A stretch of DNA of 64,000 bases from an uncultured Nitrososphaeraceae archaeon (GTDB lineage Archaea; Thermoproteota; Nitrososphaeria; Nitrososphaerales; Nitrososphaeraceae): assembly GCA_963825865.1 (NCBI GenBank), contig CAWGVG010000009.1:1-64000 (forward strand), in the 5' to 3' direction. Positions 11,766-22,791 of the stretch are shown piece by piece; the stretch's first letter is position 1; every line of letters starts with the position of its first letter. Below the pieces are notes generated by a model that was not told the origin of the DNA, made no database searches, and worked only from the letters and a program-made list of their open reading frames with translations. The position numbers were made by a program, and so were the translations under genes.

Positions 11766-11978
11766 CACCGTAGCAGCAACAATAGTACTACTCGTAATAC
11801 TAGTATAATGTACTACACACATAGCTAAAAGGTTTTTGATAGCAAATTGTTTAAGATTATTATGGTATTATATTGTGTATATTAATTAACTTTTCTTTTT
11901 GTATGTATTAGAACAATATATCTATTAAATTAAAATACACAATTGCTAATCAGAATCACACATTCAAGTAGAATACTA

Positions 11979-13083
11979 GACTCAATAACATTAATTCGCT
12001 AACTCACAATCCTAGATAGATATTTGACTATGTCTAGTTTGAACCGTCTTGTTCTATAGTAATTGGCTATAGTATGTCTGAAATTTGCAAAGTTTGGATA
12101 GTATTTTGATACAAGCAGATCATATTTTCCTTGTCTCCAGCATTCTTCTATAGCATTAAATTCAGACGAACCTTTTGGAAAATATATTACTTTCAGAACA
12201 TCTTTGTTTTGCTCTATGTATTCTCTTATCATGATAGACCGGTGATGTTGACGTGCTCTGTCTATGAACAATATTAGTTTTCCAAACTTTCTTTGCATTT
12301 GTATAAGATAATTCAGAAAAGTATATTGGTTAAAGGATTCATACTGACGAAAGAACTGTCGTCCATCTATACATAGTGCACCAAATACACATGTCCTTTG
12401 GTGTGATCCAGTAATAGTTATGATTGGTCTGACTCTGTCAGCAGTCCACATCTTCCTTCGAACCAAAGAATCATGTATGAAGATGGATTCGTCCATAACG
12501 GCAATAGTGAATCCTCTAGGTATACGTGAGATTATCCTTTTTGCCTTTTTCGAAATTTATTTTTCTCTTGCTTTGATGCAGCACTAACAAATCTCATTTT
12601 TGGTACCTTAGAACTGAAACCCCATCTATGTAATAGTCTGTAGATATGAACTTCATGATACTTGACTCCTGTTCTTTCATATATATTAAATTCATGACTT
12701 CTTTAGTCATCCATCCTGATTGATTTTCTGACAATTCTTTTCTAATCTTGGCAGTTGCTTCTTCCGATACTTCTGGAGGCCTACCACTTCTATGCTTATT
12801 CTTTAGTCCGTTCAAACCAGCATTATCAAATCTCTGAGCCATTTGTAAGCCCACCACCATCTAGATCTATGGAATTCCTTTTCAGCTGACATGGATGCTT
12901 CTTTCTTATCTTCTCTAACAAGCCTTACTAGTAGAATTCTTTCCCTTAGGTCAGCATCTTTTTCATTTCTATAGGCTTTGCTCAAAGCTGCAGTCGCCAA
13001 CAGATTAGCTACACAATGTCCTCAAGCTAAATTTGTATTGGCCAAGACCATCAGACAGTTGTATCAAATTATGTTAGGCAGTA
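11979..13083 (-). mobile_element. IS630-family element (frameshifted transposase 11999-13000)
   Basis: HTH part RSGRPP; DDE: DESIF...IDRARQH...SEFNAIEECW; imperfect TIRs flanked by TA at 11977-11978 and 13084-13085. Confidence 0.85.
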
Positions 13084-13296
13084 TAGTTTCTAAAATTACA
13101 TTCTTTGTACTCTATTACATAGTAATAAGAGATTGCCATAAAACACCAATAATAGCTAAATGAATAACTACACTTGATTTTATAACCTGAATAGTTATAC
13201 GAAATAAGTCAGCATTATATCATATTAAATAAATCAGCATTAACTTACTCAAGTCAAATATACAGATGATATTGTAATGCTTATGACGAAATTTAC

Positions 13297-13694
13297 ATGA
13301 ACAACACAAGAACTCTAGCAATAGTTGCTGTCTTAACAGCAGCAACATTAGTAGTAGGACTAACAGTCGGAGCAGCAACGCCATCAGCATTTGCTGGTGG
13401 GAATAAAGAAAGACAGGACAAATACATGAAAGGAGGACATGATGATTACAAGAAAGCAAGACAAACTAATGGAAATGATGGCGCTAAGGCGAATGGTAAC
13501 ACAGTTACCGTCCAGGCAGCCAAACAACACGGCATAGTGAGTGGATTTGATAACACAGCAGAACAAGAGGCTCAAAACCTGATATGTACCTCATCCAAGT
13601 TCAACCTGTGTAAGTGAAGGCGAGCGAAACTAACGCAACTAACGCAACTGACAACAACAATGATGGCGGCCCCGCTGGCGATGGCAACGGATAA
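13297..13694 (+). CDS. Small secreted protein (frameshift near C-terminus)
   Basis: Signal peptide MNNTRTLAIVAVLTAATLVVG...SAFA; SGFDNTAEQEAQNLICT. Confidence 0.6.
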
Positions 13695-13898
13695 TAGTAT
13701 AAAGTGGATCACAGGCAGGATCATTTTAACTAATTAATCAAAATGCCTTGAGAGAGGGAATAAGAAGCCTATCCCATTTATTTTTTATAAAAAATACAAT
13801 ACAATAAACAAATTTAAATAGAAAGATGTATAATGTATATTGCTTATCTTTTCTCTATGTATTAGATTTGTTGGCTCATAATTAAATTACACACTTTT

Positions 13899-14159
13899 TT
13901 AATTTATTAAAAGTGACAAATTACATTCTTGGCAAAAGTAGCAAAGCCCATTAAAATCAGATGATAATGACATTATATCATAACAGCGAGGACATTCGAT
14001 TTCCTGTTCTAAATCTTGCAGCATTTTCTTTTCTCCCTTGTTATCCTCAATTTCTTTCACATTTTGCAAAGGATTAAGATCGACTTGTTGTGGTTGCTGT
14101 TGCTGCTGATGCTGCTGCTGCAATAGCAATTTCTTGCTCCTCATTTTTTTGACTAGCAC
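13899..14159 (-). CDS. Small zinc-ribbon protein, divergent from radA
   Basis: CPRC...CQEC; poly-Q. Confidence 0.65.
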   Translation of the reverse strand: MLVKKMRSKKLLLQQQHQQQQQPQQVDLNPLQNVKEIEDNKGEKKMLQDLEQEIECPRCYDIMSLSSDFNGLCYFCQECNLSLLIN

Positions 14160-14349
14160 TGATTGGCTTGAGTTACTATTATGTCCTGAATCACTATAAG
14201 GGGAGGAAGTCTCTACTTGTATTGTACCTAATTAGAATGGTATATTACGATCAATGTACCTCTCTCCCCCTGTACCCAAGTAGCTTTCTTAGTTATATGC
14301 AAGACAAAGTCAATGCAATATCAAGAGGTCAGATAAAATCACGTCTCAT

Positions 14350-15450
14350 GTCAGTGAATTGCGGCTAGAGGACCTACCTGATGTTGAACCATATTTGATA
14401 AATAAACTAAAAAGAGCTGGAATACAATCAGTTTTAGACCTAGCCGCATCAATCCCCATTGAACTTGCAGGAGGAGGAGATTATATCGATGATGACAACT
14501 CCGCAATTACAGCTGACATAGAGACAATATCACAACTTGTAGGAAAGGCCAAAAAGGCCCTTGTAGGTTTCGGCGTACTTAATAAAGAGTTCTGTACAGC
14601 TGAAGAGTTTCTTGAAAAAAGGAACAATCTCGTCAGATTTACAACAGGATCTGTAAACCTGGATGCATTTTTGAAAGGTGGAATAGAATCACAAGCAATT
14701 ACAGAGATTGCTGGGGAATTTGGTTCAGGAAAAAGTCAGTTATGTCATACTTTATGCGTTACTGCTGCTGGCTAATAAGGAGAAAGGAAAACGAGTGGGA
14801 GGAGCAGTAGCAGGAGACCTTAACAGGAATAATAATAATAATATAATATTCATAGATACAGAAAACACCTTCAGGCCAGAGAGAATTCACCAGATAGCTG
14901 AAGGCAGAGGTCTCGAGCCAGAGGAAATAATGAAAAGAGTGTTTGTATGCAAAATATACAATAGTGCTCATCTTGAAGCTATAATAAAAAATCTTGGCAA
15001 GTCTATAGAACATTACAAAGCCAAGCTTGTCATAATTGATAGCATTATCTCGCTTCACAGAGCAGAATTTCCAGGAAGGGAAACTCTGGCTGAAAGACAG
15101 CAGAGGCTCAATGTTATGCTACATAGACTGATAAGACTAGCAGAAATTTACAATGTCGCAGTAGTTCTTACAAATCAAGTTCAGTCACAACCAGATAATT
15201 TCTTTGGCGGTATTGGTGGTGGAAACGATCCAACGTGCGGCTGGTGGTAATATAATGGGACATGCTTCTACATACAGGATTTTTCTTAGAAAGGCTGGAC
15301 GTAATAGAATAGCAATAATGCTTGATTCGCCACACCACGCATACGGTCAAGCTAAGTTTACAATAAGTGAAAAAGGAGTCCAAGATACTGACGAGGAGGA
15401 GAAAGCAAGATCAGGGAAAGCAGTAACAATACAGTGAGTCTGGCTGGTAG
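14350..15450 (+). CDS. radA: RadA/Rad51-family recombinase (frameshifted; start uncertain)
   Basis: HhH N-terminus [20 protein letters not shown]; FxxA motif FCTA; Walker A GEFGSGKS; [12 protein letters not shown]; Walker B LVIIDS; [12 protein letters not shown]; [17 protein letters not shown]. Confidence 0.92.
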
Positions 15451-15473
15451 GTAGGAGGTAGTAGCCTAGCAAC

Positions 15474-17360
15474 ATGACCCCTGGAGACAACAACATATTA
15501 CGGACTATTCCTCAGGAAAAAGATTATCCTCTTGATCCAAATACAATTCCCGTACCACCATCATCCCAGCAGCCAAGACCGCAGGTAACATTATCCGAAT
15601 TAATTCCAGGGAAATATGTCTCTACTAGCGCAAGAGTAGTTTATTTAAAGACCATTGAAAGACAGGATGCTCTTGGGAGTAAGGTGCTATTTTCTGGAAT
15701 ATTAGAGGATTCTACTTTCAAAGTTCCTTTTATTAGTCACAGGATTTCATATCCTTTGATAAGGAACTCTGTCTACAAATTCAACTCTGCTTATGTACAT
15801 GAATTTTCGTCCTCAGATAAATCGCTTTTACTAGTAATAACAGAGCACACAAAGATAGACTCCAAGAATATTGAAGAATACAGAGAATTTATTTGGAGTC
15901 CCAAGATTGAGTCAATAAAAAGGCCAGTTAGAAACCTTACTTTGCAGGGATTAATCACAACAGTACATAGTAATTCTGGGCTAGTCAAAAGATGTAACAA
16001 ATGCAAATCAATAATCTATGATTCGTGTCCCAGTAAATGTCCTGAAGAGGAAGGGTGGGGTTGGGACCTCAGAGTGTCCTCAAGGCTCTACGACGGTTCA
16101 GGCGCTATTAAGATGGTTTTGACAAAGGATATTGCATCAAAGGTCTTACACATGAATTTAGCAGAGTTAATTTTACTTGCAACAACAACATCGCACAGTA
16201 GTATTCCAGCCCAAAGATACAGCAACGGCCAAAACCATCACCAATTTCAACCACCATCTGTATTTACGATAAGGATACCGGATAGCATCGATATAATAGA
16301 GGCAGTAACAGAGAACAATATTTTGTCGTCAACTTATAGAAGCAGTGAAAAGCTCATAGTAACTGATGGACGAAACCTTGTCTACTTTCCACCAAATGAG
16401 GAGAATGAGCAAAAGTTCTCAGAATCTGTCAAGAGGCCATTAAAGGCATCTGATGTAGAGGATAAAAAGATAATCAAAAGGCTGGTTGAAAAAGCACTTG
16501 ACATTAGCCTAAGAAAAGTTACTGGCAAAAGGATGATGCAGGGGATTTATCTCCTTGAAGAGCCTATTTCCCTTTATAGATGTGAAAGGGCGAAACTATA
16601 CCTTGGATTTTCAGTTAAGTTGAATATAAAAGAAAAGGAAAAAGAACAACAAGATAACGCGGCAGTTGTAACAACGACGACTGCTGTAATTGAGACTACT
16701 CCACAAGCCCATGTTAGAGAAAGCGTGCTTGATTATATTAAAATGAGAAGGGAGCGTGGTGCATCTGCAAATGCCATTATACGTAACTTGTTAACATATA
16801 GAAATAAAGTGGTTGTGGCGCCATCTGGAAATTACGGTAGTATTGTTGATGTAATCATAAGAAAGGCAGAAACCCAACTCGTTTCAGACACCGACAAGAG
16901 AAACTTGGTAGAATTCTGGAAACAGATCTATGGTATTGACATATCATCTGACGAAATTCCACTACTAAAAGTAAAGATGATGAATTCTGAGAATACCTTT
17001 ACCTATCCCCCAAGTATGTGCTTTTTTGGGAGCGAATCTCTAATTATTCAAGCAGACGTTCAAAAATTCATTGAGAGCAAAAAGTCCACACTCAAAGCAA
17101 GAATGGATGACACTATCAAAAAGGCAATCATAACACAAGATCTGACGATTGGACCTACAAAACTAGAATTTGATGAGGAACAGAATGGTTCACAAGGGCA
17201 GCGGCAGCCAGGTGACATTCAAAGCCACATTCTGCAAGAAATAAGACAGAAATTATTTGGGAGGAACGTTACAGCTAGAGGTTCAATCATGTTTGTTCAT
17301 GATGAGCTTTGGTTCTTTCCATACCAATTGAGAGCTTTCATAGAATGTGGATGGTCATGA
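15474..17360 (+). CDS. RPA-like OB-fold/Zn-ribbon protein with inserted Argonaute-like L1-PAZ region
   Basis: OB1 (SELIPGKYVSTSARV...GILEDST); OB2 with SGLVKRCNKC...C...DLRVSSRLYDGSG; LYLGFSVKL...ESVLDYI...LVEFWKQIYGIDISSDEIPLLKVK...YPPSMC; C-terminal IRQKLFGRNVTARG. Confidence 0.75.
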   Translation: MTPGDNNILRTIPQEKDYPLDPNTIPVPPSSQQPRPQVTLSELIPGKYVSTSARVVYLKTIERQDALGSKVLFSGILEDSTFKVPFISHRISYPLIRNSVYKFNSAYVHEFSSSDKSLLLVITEHTKIDSKNIEEYREFIWSPKIESIKRPVRNLTLQGLITTVHSNSGLVKRCNKCKSIIYDSCPSKCPEEEGWGWDLRVSSRLYDGSGAIKMVLTKDIASKVLHMNLAELILLATTTSHSSIPAQRYSNGQNHHQFQPPSVFTIRIPDSIDIIEAVTENNILSSTYRSSEKLIVTDGRNLVYFPPNEENEQKFSESVKRPLKASDVEDKKIIKRLVEKALDISLRKVTGKRMMQGIYLLEEPISLYRCERAKLYLGFSVKLNIKEKEKEQQDNAAVVTTTTAVIETTPQAHVRESVLDYIKMRRERGASANAIIRNLLTYRNKVVVAPSGNYGSIVDVIIRKAETQLVSDTDKRNLVEFWKQIYGIDISSDEIPLLKVKMMNSENTFTYPPSMCFFGSESLIIQADVQKFIESKKSTLKARMDDTIKKAIITQDLTIGPTKLEFDEEQNGSQGQRQPGDIQSHILQEIRQKLFGRNVTARGSIMFVHDELWFFPYQLRAFIECGWS

Positions 17361-17367
17361 CGTAAGA

Positions 17368-18203
17368 ATGAGCATTTATACAATCAATGAACCAAACAAT
17401 AATAATAATCAAATCTCCTTTGAAATGTATTCGGCCTTAGAGCAATTTAATGAACAGAGAAACACCTTAAAGATGACTACTGGATCTGCAGACCTTGACT
17501 CGTTAATAGATGGTATACAAGAAGGGTTGTTCTATCTATTTTATGGCAACAACCATGCAGTACAGGATTCCCTTGTGTACAGATTCCTTGTGAACTGTGT
17601 ACTGCCAATAAAACAAAAACATGGTTTTGAATCAATGGGAGTTTGTTTTAATAATGCAGAATATTACAATAGTAGAAAGACATCTCTTAGCCCAGAAAAG
17701 TTAGGAGTTGCAGCAAAATGTGCTAGCATCGATCCAAAGATTGTTTTTAAGAACTTGTACATCCATACATGCATATAATGAGCAGCAACAGCTATTGGTT
17801 GCAGAACAGGTTGCTGACCTAATAGAATCTAACAAGGACATCAAGTCTGCTAGTAGTTAATAGATTAACAAGATTTTTCAAAGAATCAAAAAAGAAAATG
17901 GAAACCGCCAATGTCTTGAAACAGGTTGTAGGAATAATTTGCAAGGCTTGTGCTAAGAACAAAGTAGCACTAGTATGCACTGGTGATTCAAATTTAACAA
18001 GTAAAGGTGTAATACCAAGGCCCACGGGGGGAATATACCTAAAGCATGCAGCAAATGTGATTGTACATATTAAAGAGTATCCTAACAGTACTGCTGCCAT
18101 TCCTTCATTTAAGGCAACATTAGTTAAACATCAGTATATGAAAACTCCAAAATCAGCAATTCTTTACCTTAGAAAGTGTGGAGGAATGATGCTTTTAGAT
18201 TGA
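17368..18203 (+). CDS. RadA-like protein lacking Walker A (frameshifted)
   Basis: MTTGSADLDSLIDGIQEGLFYLFYG followed by no GKS/T; C-terminal GGIYLKHAANVIVHI...ATLVKH. Confidence 0.75.
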
Positions 18204-18221
18204 TGTGGCGGTGTTGGAGAT

Positions 18222-18594
18222 ATAGGCAGAATAACGCCATCATTTCGTCAGTTATATGAAGAAACGATATCAGAGCTAAGAATGGAGCTGCAGGCAGCAC
18301 TTGTAGATTTAGGTCATAAGAGTGCATTTGAATTGCTGTTAAAGGAAGCCTGGAATCCAGAACAGGCTGCTATGGGTAATTCTACACTTACCAACGGTTA
18401 GTGACAAACTAAATGTCATGGCATCAATACACAATAGAAAGCTTATTGCAGTATTGGCAAAGGAATTGAAGGAAAAGGATGTTGAGATAGAGGAACTCAA
18501 GCAGAATATCACGTTACTTCAAGATAAATTAAATGACATACACATGGAAATGAAACCCAAGGGAGACAAGCAACTACAGCAACAGCAACAGTAG
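18222..18594 (+). CDS. arCOG07300-like small PolB2-associated protein (ATA start, one frameshift)
   Basis: (M)GRITPSFRQLYEETISEL...AFELLLKEAW...; directly upstream of polB; the copy at 40451-40822 is intact. Confidence 0.7.
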
Positions 18595-18625
18595 TAGGAA
18601 TAATTGGAGCCATAATATAATAACA

Positions 18626-21073
18626 ATGTCAAGTTGTACCGGCTGGCTCTTTGATATTTCTATAGAACATAATCAAGCTGTCCTGTGGATAAAAACTATC
18701 GATAGACAGATCCTTAAGCTAATAGACACTTATCAGCCAAGGTTCTACATATTACCTAAAAATGAAACTGATGGATTACATCTTTTCCAAATATTATCTC
18801 AACAACCCATAGTGGCTAAAGTTAGATGGGAGGAGGACAAGCTTACAAATCTTTTTGATCATGATTGCACTACAACAAAAAAGAAAAAACTAATTTGTGT
18901 TTATCCACAATCCACACAGTATTATGCGCCCATTCTAAAAATATTAGAAAAAGACCAGCGAGTCAAGCAATTGTTCAATACAGATCTCTCACATATCCAG
19001 CAATATTTGTTTACCAAATTGAGAATTGAACCTACAAGCAAAGTTGAAGTCGAGTATGAGGGTACTAAGTTACTTAGAATAAGCAAAATTGATGATGAAC
19101 AAGAGGTATCTCCACCGCCCTTTTCATTACTATATTTTGACGTTCAGACATTTTCAGGAAAATTTACTTTTGAAGATCCGATTAGAATGATAAAGGTTAG
19201 GTATGAAATTGGTGATGCAAAGGAATGGAACATGTTTCATTCCAAAGCAATGCAGAAAACATCATCCTTCAGGATTTCTCTAATTACGTGCTAGATAAAG
19301 ATCCAGACATTATTGTTTGCATAGAGCGAATCTGAGAGTAAAATATTTCATTACCTATTTACACGAATAAAGAAACTTGGGCTTGACTTGCAACTTGGGA
19401 GAGAGGGCTCAGTAAAGGATCTCATGAATTTAAAGCGCCCAATGTCCAGAGTGGATCAAAGGTAGAATTTGCATTGAAAGCAGATGATGGTAATGGTGGG
19501 ATTAATAGACAACATTCAACATTTGATAATTTTGGGCTTGCAGGATTAATAGAAAGATCAAAGTTCGGTTTCGTTCCTTTGAGAATAGCTGCAAGATATG
19601 GTATAAACCGTCTAATAGATAGCAGAAACTGTTATCAATTAATCCAGAGAGGCTTTGTTATTTCAAAGAATAATCATTCTGGTGGAAGCAAGCAATAGCA
19701 ACAACAACCATGAACGCATCAGGACTTTAGAGGAACTAGTCTCAAGGGATAAGGGCGGTATGATAATTTCTCCTCAGGTAGGCCTGCATGAAAATGTTGT
19801 ATCACTAGATTATGACAGCGAATACGCAAATCTAATAGTGAATCACAATCTAAGCTATGAAACTGTTACTTTACAGCAAGATGGAGTAGTCGTAGTACTA
19901 CAACAATCCAATGACAACGAAGAAAGGCTTACTGCCAACAGTAGTGGAGAAATTTCTCAAAAGACGGCTCTATTTCAAGAGACTATTAAAAGAACTATTC
20001 AAAAGAGAGCATGGAGTCTCTCTGGTGCGAACAGCGTGTCAATTCACTAAAGAACATACTTGTTTGTCTTTATGGTACAACTGGTTCCCTTTGGAATAGA
20101 TATGGTAATGTGCTTGTATTTGAGGAAATTAACAAGATATCTAGGGAAATATTGATAAAAACAAAGGATATTGTTCAGCAGTTAGGCTATGAGCTGGTAT
20201 ATGCTGATACAGACTCGGTATTTATTAAAAAGAAAGATGCCGCTACTGCTGACACAGACCACAAGCAGTTATGAACAAGTTATAGATATGCTGTGCAAAG
20301 AAACAGGCCTTTCAATCTCTATTGATTATAATTATAAGTTTTTAGTTCTATTACCTTGGAAGCTGACGAAAACATAGAGGCACTCAAGCATTACTATGGG
20401 ATTACGCAACAAGGAGAACTAGTTGTTAGAGGTATAGAAATTAGGAGACATGATATTCCAAACTTTATAAAACAATTTCAAACTGAATTGCTATACACGC
20501 TTTTTGATTGTAAAGATTCAGCTGAGGTAGATAAGCAAAGGATATGAAAATGGTCTTTTATTGGTTACCAAGGCAATAGATAAAATTATGACAGGTGAAG
20601 ACTTTCACCAAGAGGATCTTGTAATCTCCAAGTTGCTTGGACAGGATATAGAAAAATACAAGAGCTTATTTCCTCATGTGTCCGCTGCCATTCAATTATT
20701 AAGCAATAAAGAGAGGAGGTAAATACCCAACAAAAGGCGACACTATCCAGTATATCTATACAAATTCAAAACACAACAATCCTCTTTGCAGAGTTGTACC
20801 TTTAGAGATTTTACAAAAAGAGGAGGAAAAAGGAAAGACAGCAAGGAGAATGGTAAAACTCTGAATTATGACAAGGATAAGTACAGAGAAATGATACTTG
20901 ATGCTGCAGAAACTGTTCTAGGTTATTTCGGCTTTAATAGGACTGTTTATGGAAATCCTGGGAACGATAGAAAGAAAAAGAGAAAATGGTATGAGGAATT
21001 GTATGAAGAAAGAACAAAAGATATTCAAGCAGAGATGATGATGGAAAAACAACAACATGGTAAAGCCCAATAA
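18626..21073 (+). CDS. polB: Family B DNA polymerase, PolB2/G2-like (multiple frameshifts)
   Basis: GWLFDI N-terminus; DKGGMIISPQVGLHENV; motif A LDYDSEYANLI; motif B KNILVCLYG; motif C YADTDS; KHYYG, RGIEIRRHD, YDKDKY. Confidence 0.9.
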
Positions 21074-21145
21074 TAAAGCCCATCGCAGTACTACCAGTCA
21101 GCAGAATACCAAGGTTTGTCATTGGACGTTATTGGTAAGATAGAA
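21055..21145 (-). pseudogene. Remnant of the 3' end of a FUN14 gene
   Basis: TNLGILLTGSTAMGFIIG vs ANLGIPLTGSTAMGFAIG at 11140-11210. Confidence 0.7.
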
Positions 21146-21302
21146 ACTATAGTTTTGTGATAAAATCCTAAAATTCTCTACTGATATATGATTACAGATT
21201 CCATCATAGTTTTCAATATTGAATTCCTTAGTTGCATCGGTAGGGTATTCCACTGTCTAACAAATATAAAAATTATGTCGGGTTTACCAATGGTATATTA
21301 TC

Positions 21303-22740
21303 CTACATTACATCTACATCATGTGGCTGGCTTTCCATATAGCCCGGCTGCGCTCATTGTGATAAATTCTGCATTCTTTTGCATTTCTAAGATTGTTTTA
21401 GCACCACAGTAGCTTAAGCCAGATCTTAAGCCACCTACAAGTTGCCTAATAATCTCAACTACGCTGCCTTTGTATGGAACCATTGCTTCTACTCCTTCTG
21501 GGACATAGTCGTTCAAGTCATCTGAATCTATGACCTGTGACCCTTCTTCTCGGTATTTTCTACCAAGGGATGCATAGAATGATGCCATTCCTCTATACAT
21601 TTTAAACTTTTTTCCATTCTTGCTTAACGTTTTGCCTGGACTTTCATCTGTCCCGCCAAATAGGCCACCAACCATGATGGAAGATGCGCCAGCTGCTATT
21701 GCTTTTGCTGCATCTCCTGACGTTCTAATGCCACCATCAGAGATAACAGGAATATCATATTCTTTTGCTACTTTAACACTGTCCATGATTGCTGTTAGTT
21801 GGGGAACGCCTGACCCGGTAATTATTCTTGTGATGCAAATGGACCCTGATCCTACGCCTACCTTTATTGCATCTACTCCTGCTTTAATCAAGTCATTGGC
21901 ACCTTCGCCAGTGGCAACGTTTCCAGCAATAAGTTGACAATTTGGAAAAACCTTTTTGATCATATGTACTGTATTGATTGCATTTTCACTATGACCGTGG
22001 GCAATATCTACAACTATTGTATCGGAGCCCGCTGCCAAAAGTGCTTCTGCACGTTCTAAATAATCACCTTTCACTCCAACCGCTCCTCCAACTAGTAGTC
22101 TACCCTTTTTGTCTTTAGAAGCATATGGATATTGATCCATTTTTAAAATGTCTTTACTTGTAATAAGGCCAACTATTCGTTTCTTGTCGTCGATTACAGG
22201 TAATTTTTCGATTCTATGAGTGTGCAGGATCTCTTTAGCTTGATCTATTGTGGTCCCGTCCTTAGCAGTGATAACGTCTTTGCTCATGAGATCTGAAACT
22301 TTGCTTTTTAAGTTTTTTTCAAAGGTGATATCTCGTCTGGTAATAATGCCTGCAAGTTTTTTTCCATCCTCTTCAACTAGCAAACCTGAAACCCCATATT
22401 GACCCATCATGCTCTTTGCATCATGAATCATCATATTTGATCTGATAGTATACGGTTGTTCGATGATAACTGATTCAGATCGTTTCACTTTTAGAACTTC
22501 ATCTACTTGATCTTCAATTGTCATAAATCTATGAATAATACCGATGCCTCCTTCTCTTGCCAAGGCAATAGCCATCCCAGATTCTGTAACTGTATCCATA
22601 TTAGCACTAATTAGTGGTATATTTAGTGTAATATTTCGTGATAGTTTTGTTTTTAAATCAGTCTGAGATCTAGAAATTATGGGCGATCGCTTAGGGACAA
22701 GAAGCACGTCATCAAATGTTAGGCCATTTTTAATTTCCAA
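21303..22740 (-). CDS. guaB: IMP dehydrogenase
   Basis: LTFDDVLLVP, SANMDTVTE, CBS pair, GVGSGSICITR, YRGMAS, VPEGVE; frameshift near C-terminus (true end ESQPHDV). Confidence 0.97.
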
Positions 22741-22791
22741 TATTCCATGCTGTCTAGTCCCTATGTAGGATTATAAGCGTTTTCCTTCTCC

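Noticed and set aside
14085-14125. Poly-Q/N/T trinucleotide runs in accessory genes
   Set aside because: Common low-complexity feature throughout this window; no specific signal.
15474-17360. Calling this a full prokaryotic Argonaute
   Set aside because: No MID or PIWI domain follows the PAZ-like region; the C-terminus returns to RPA-like sequence.
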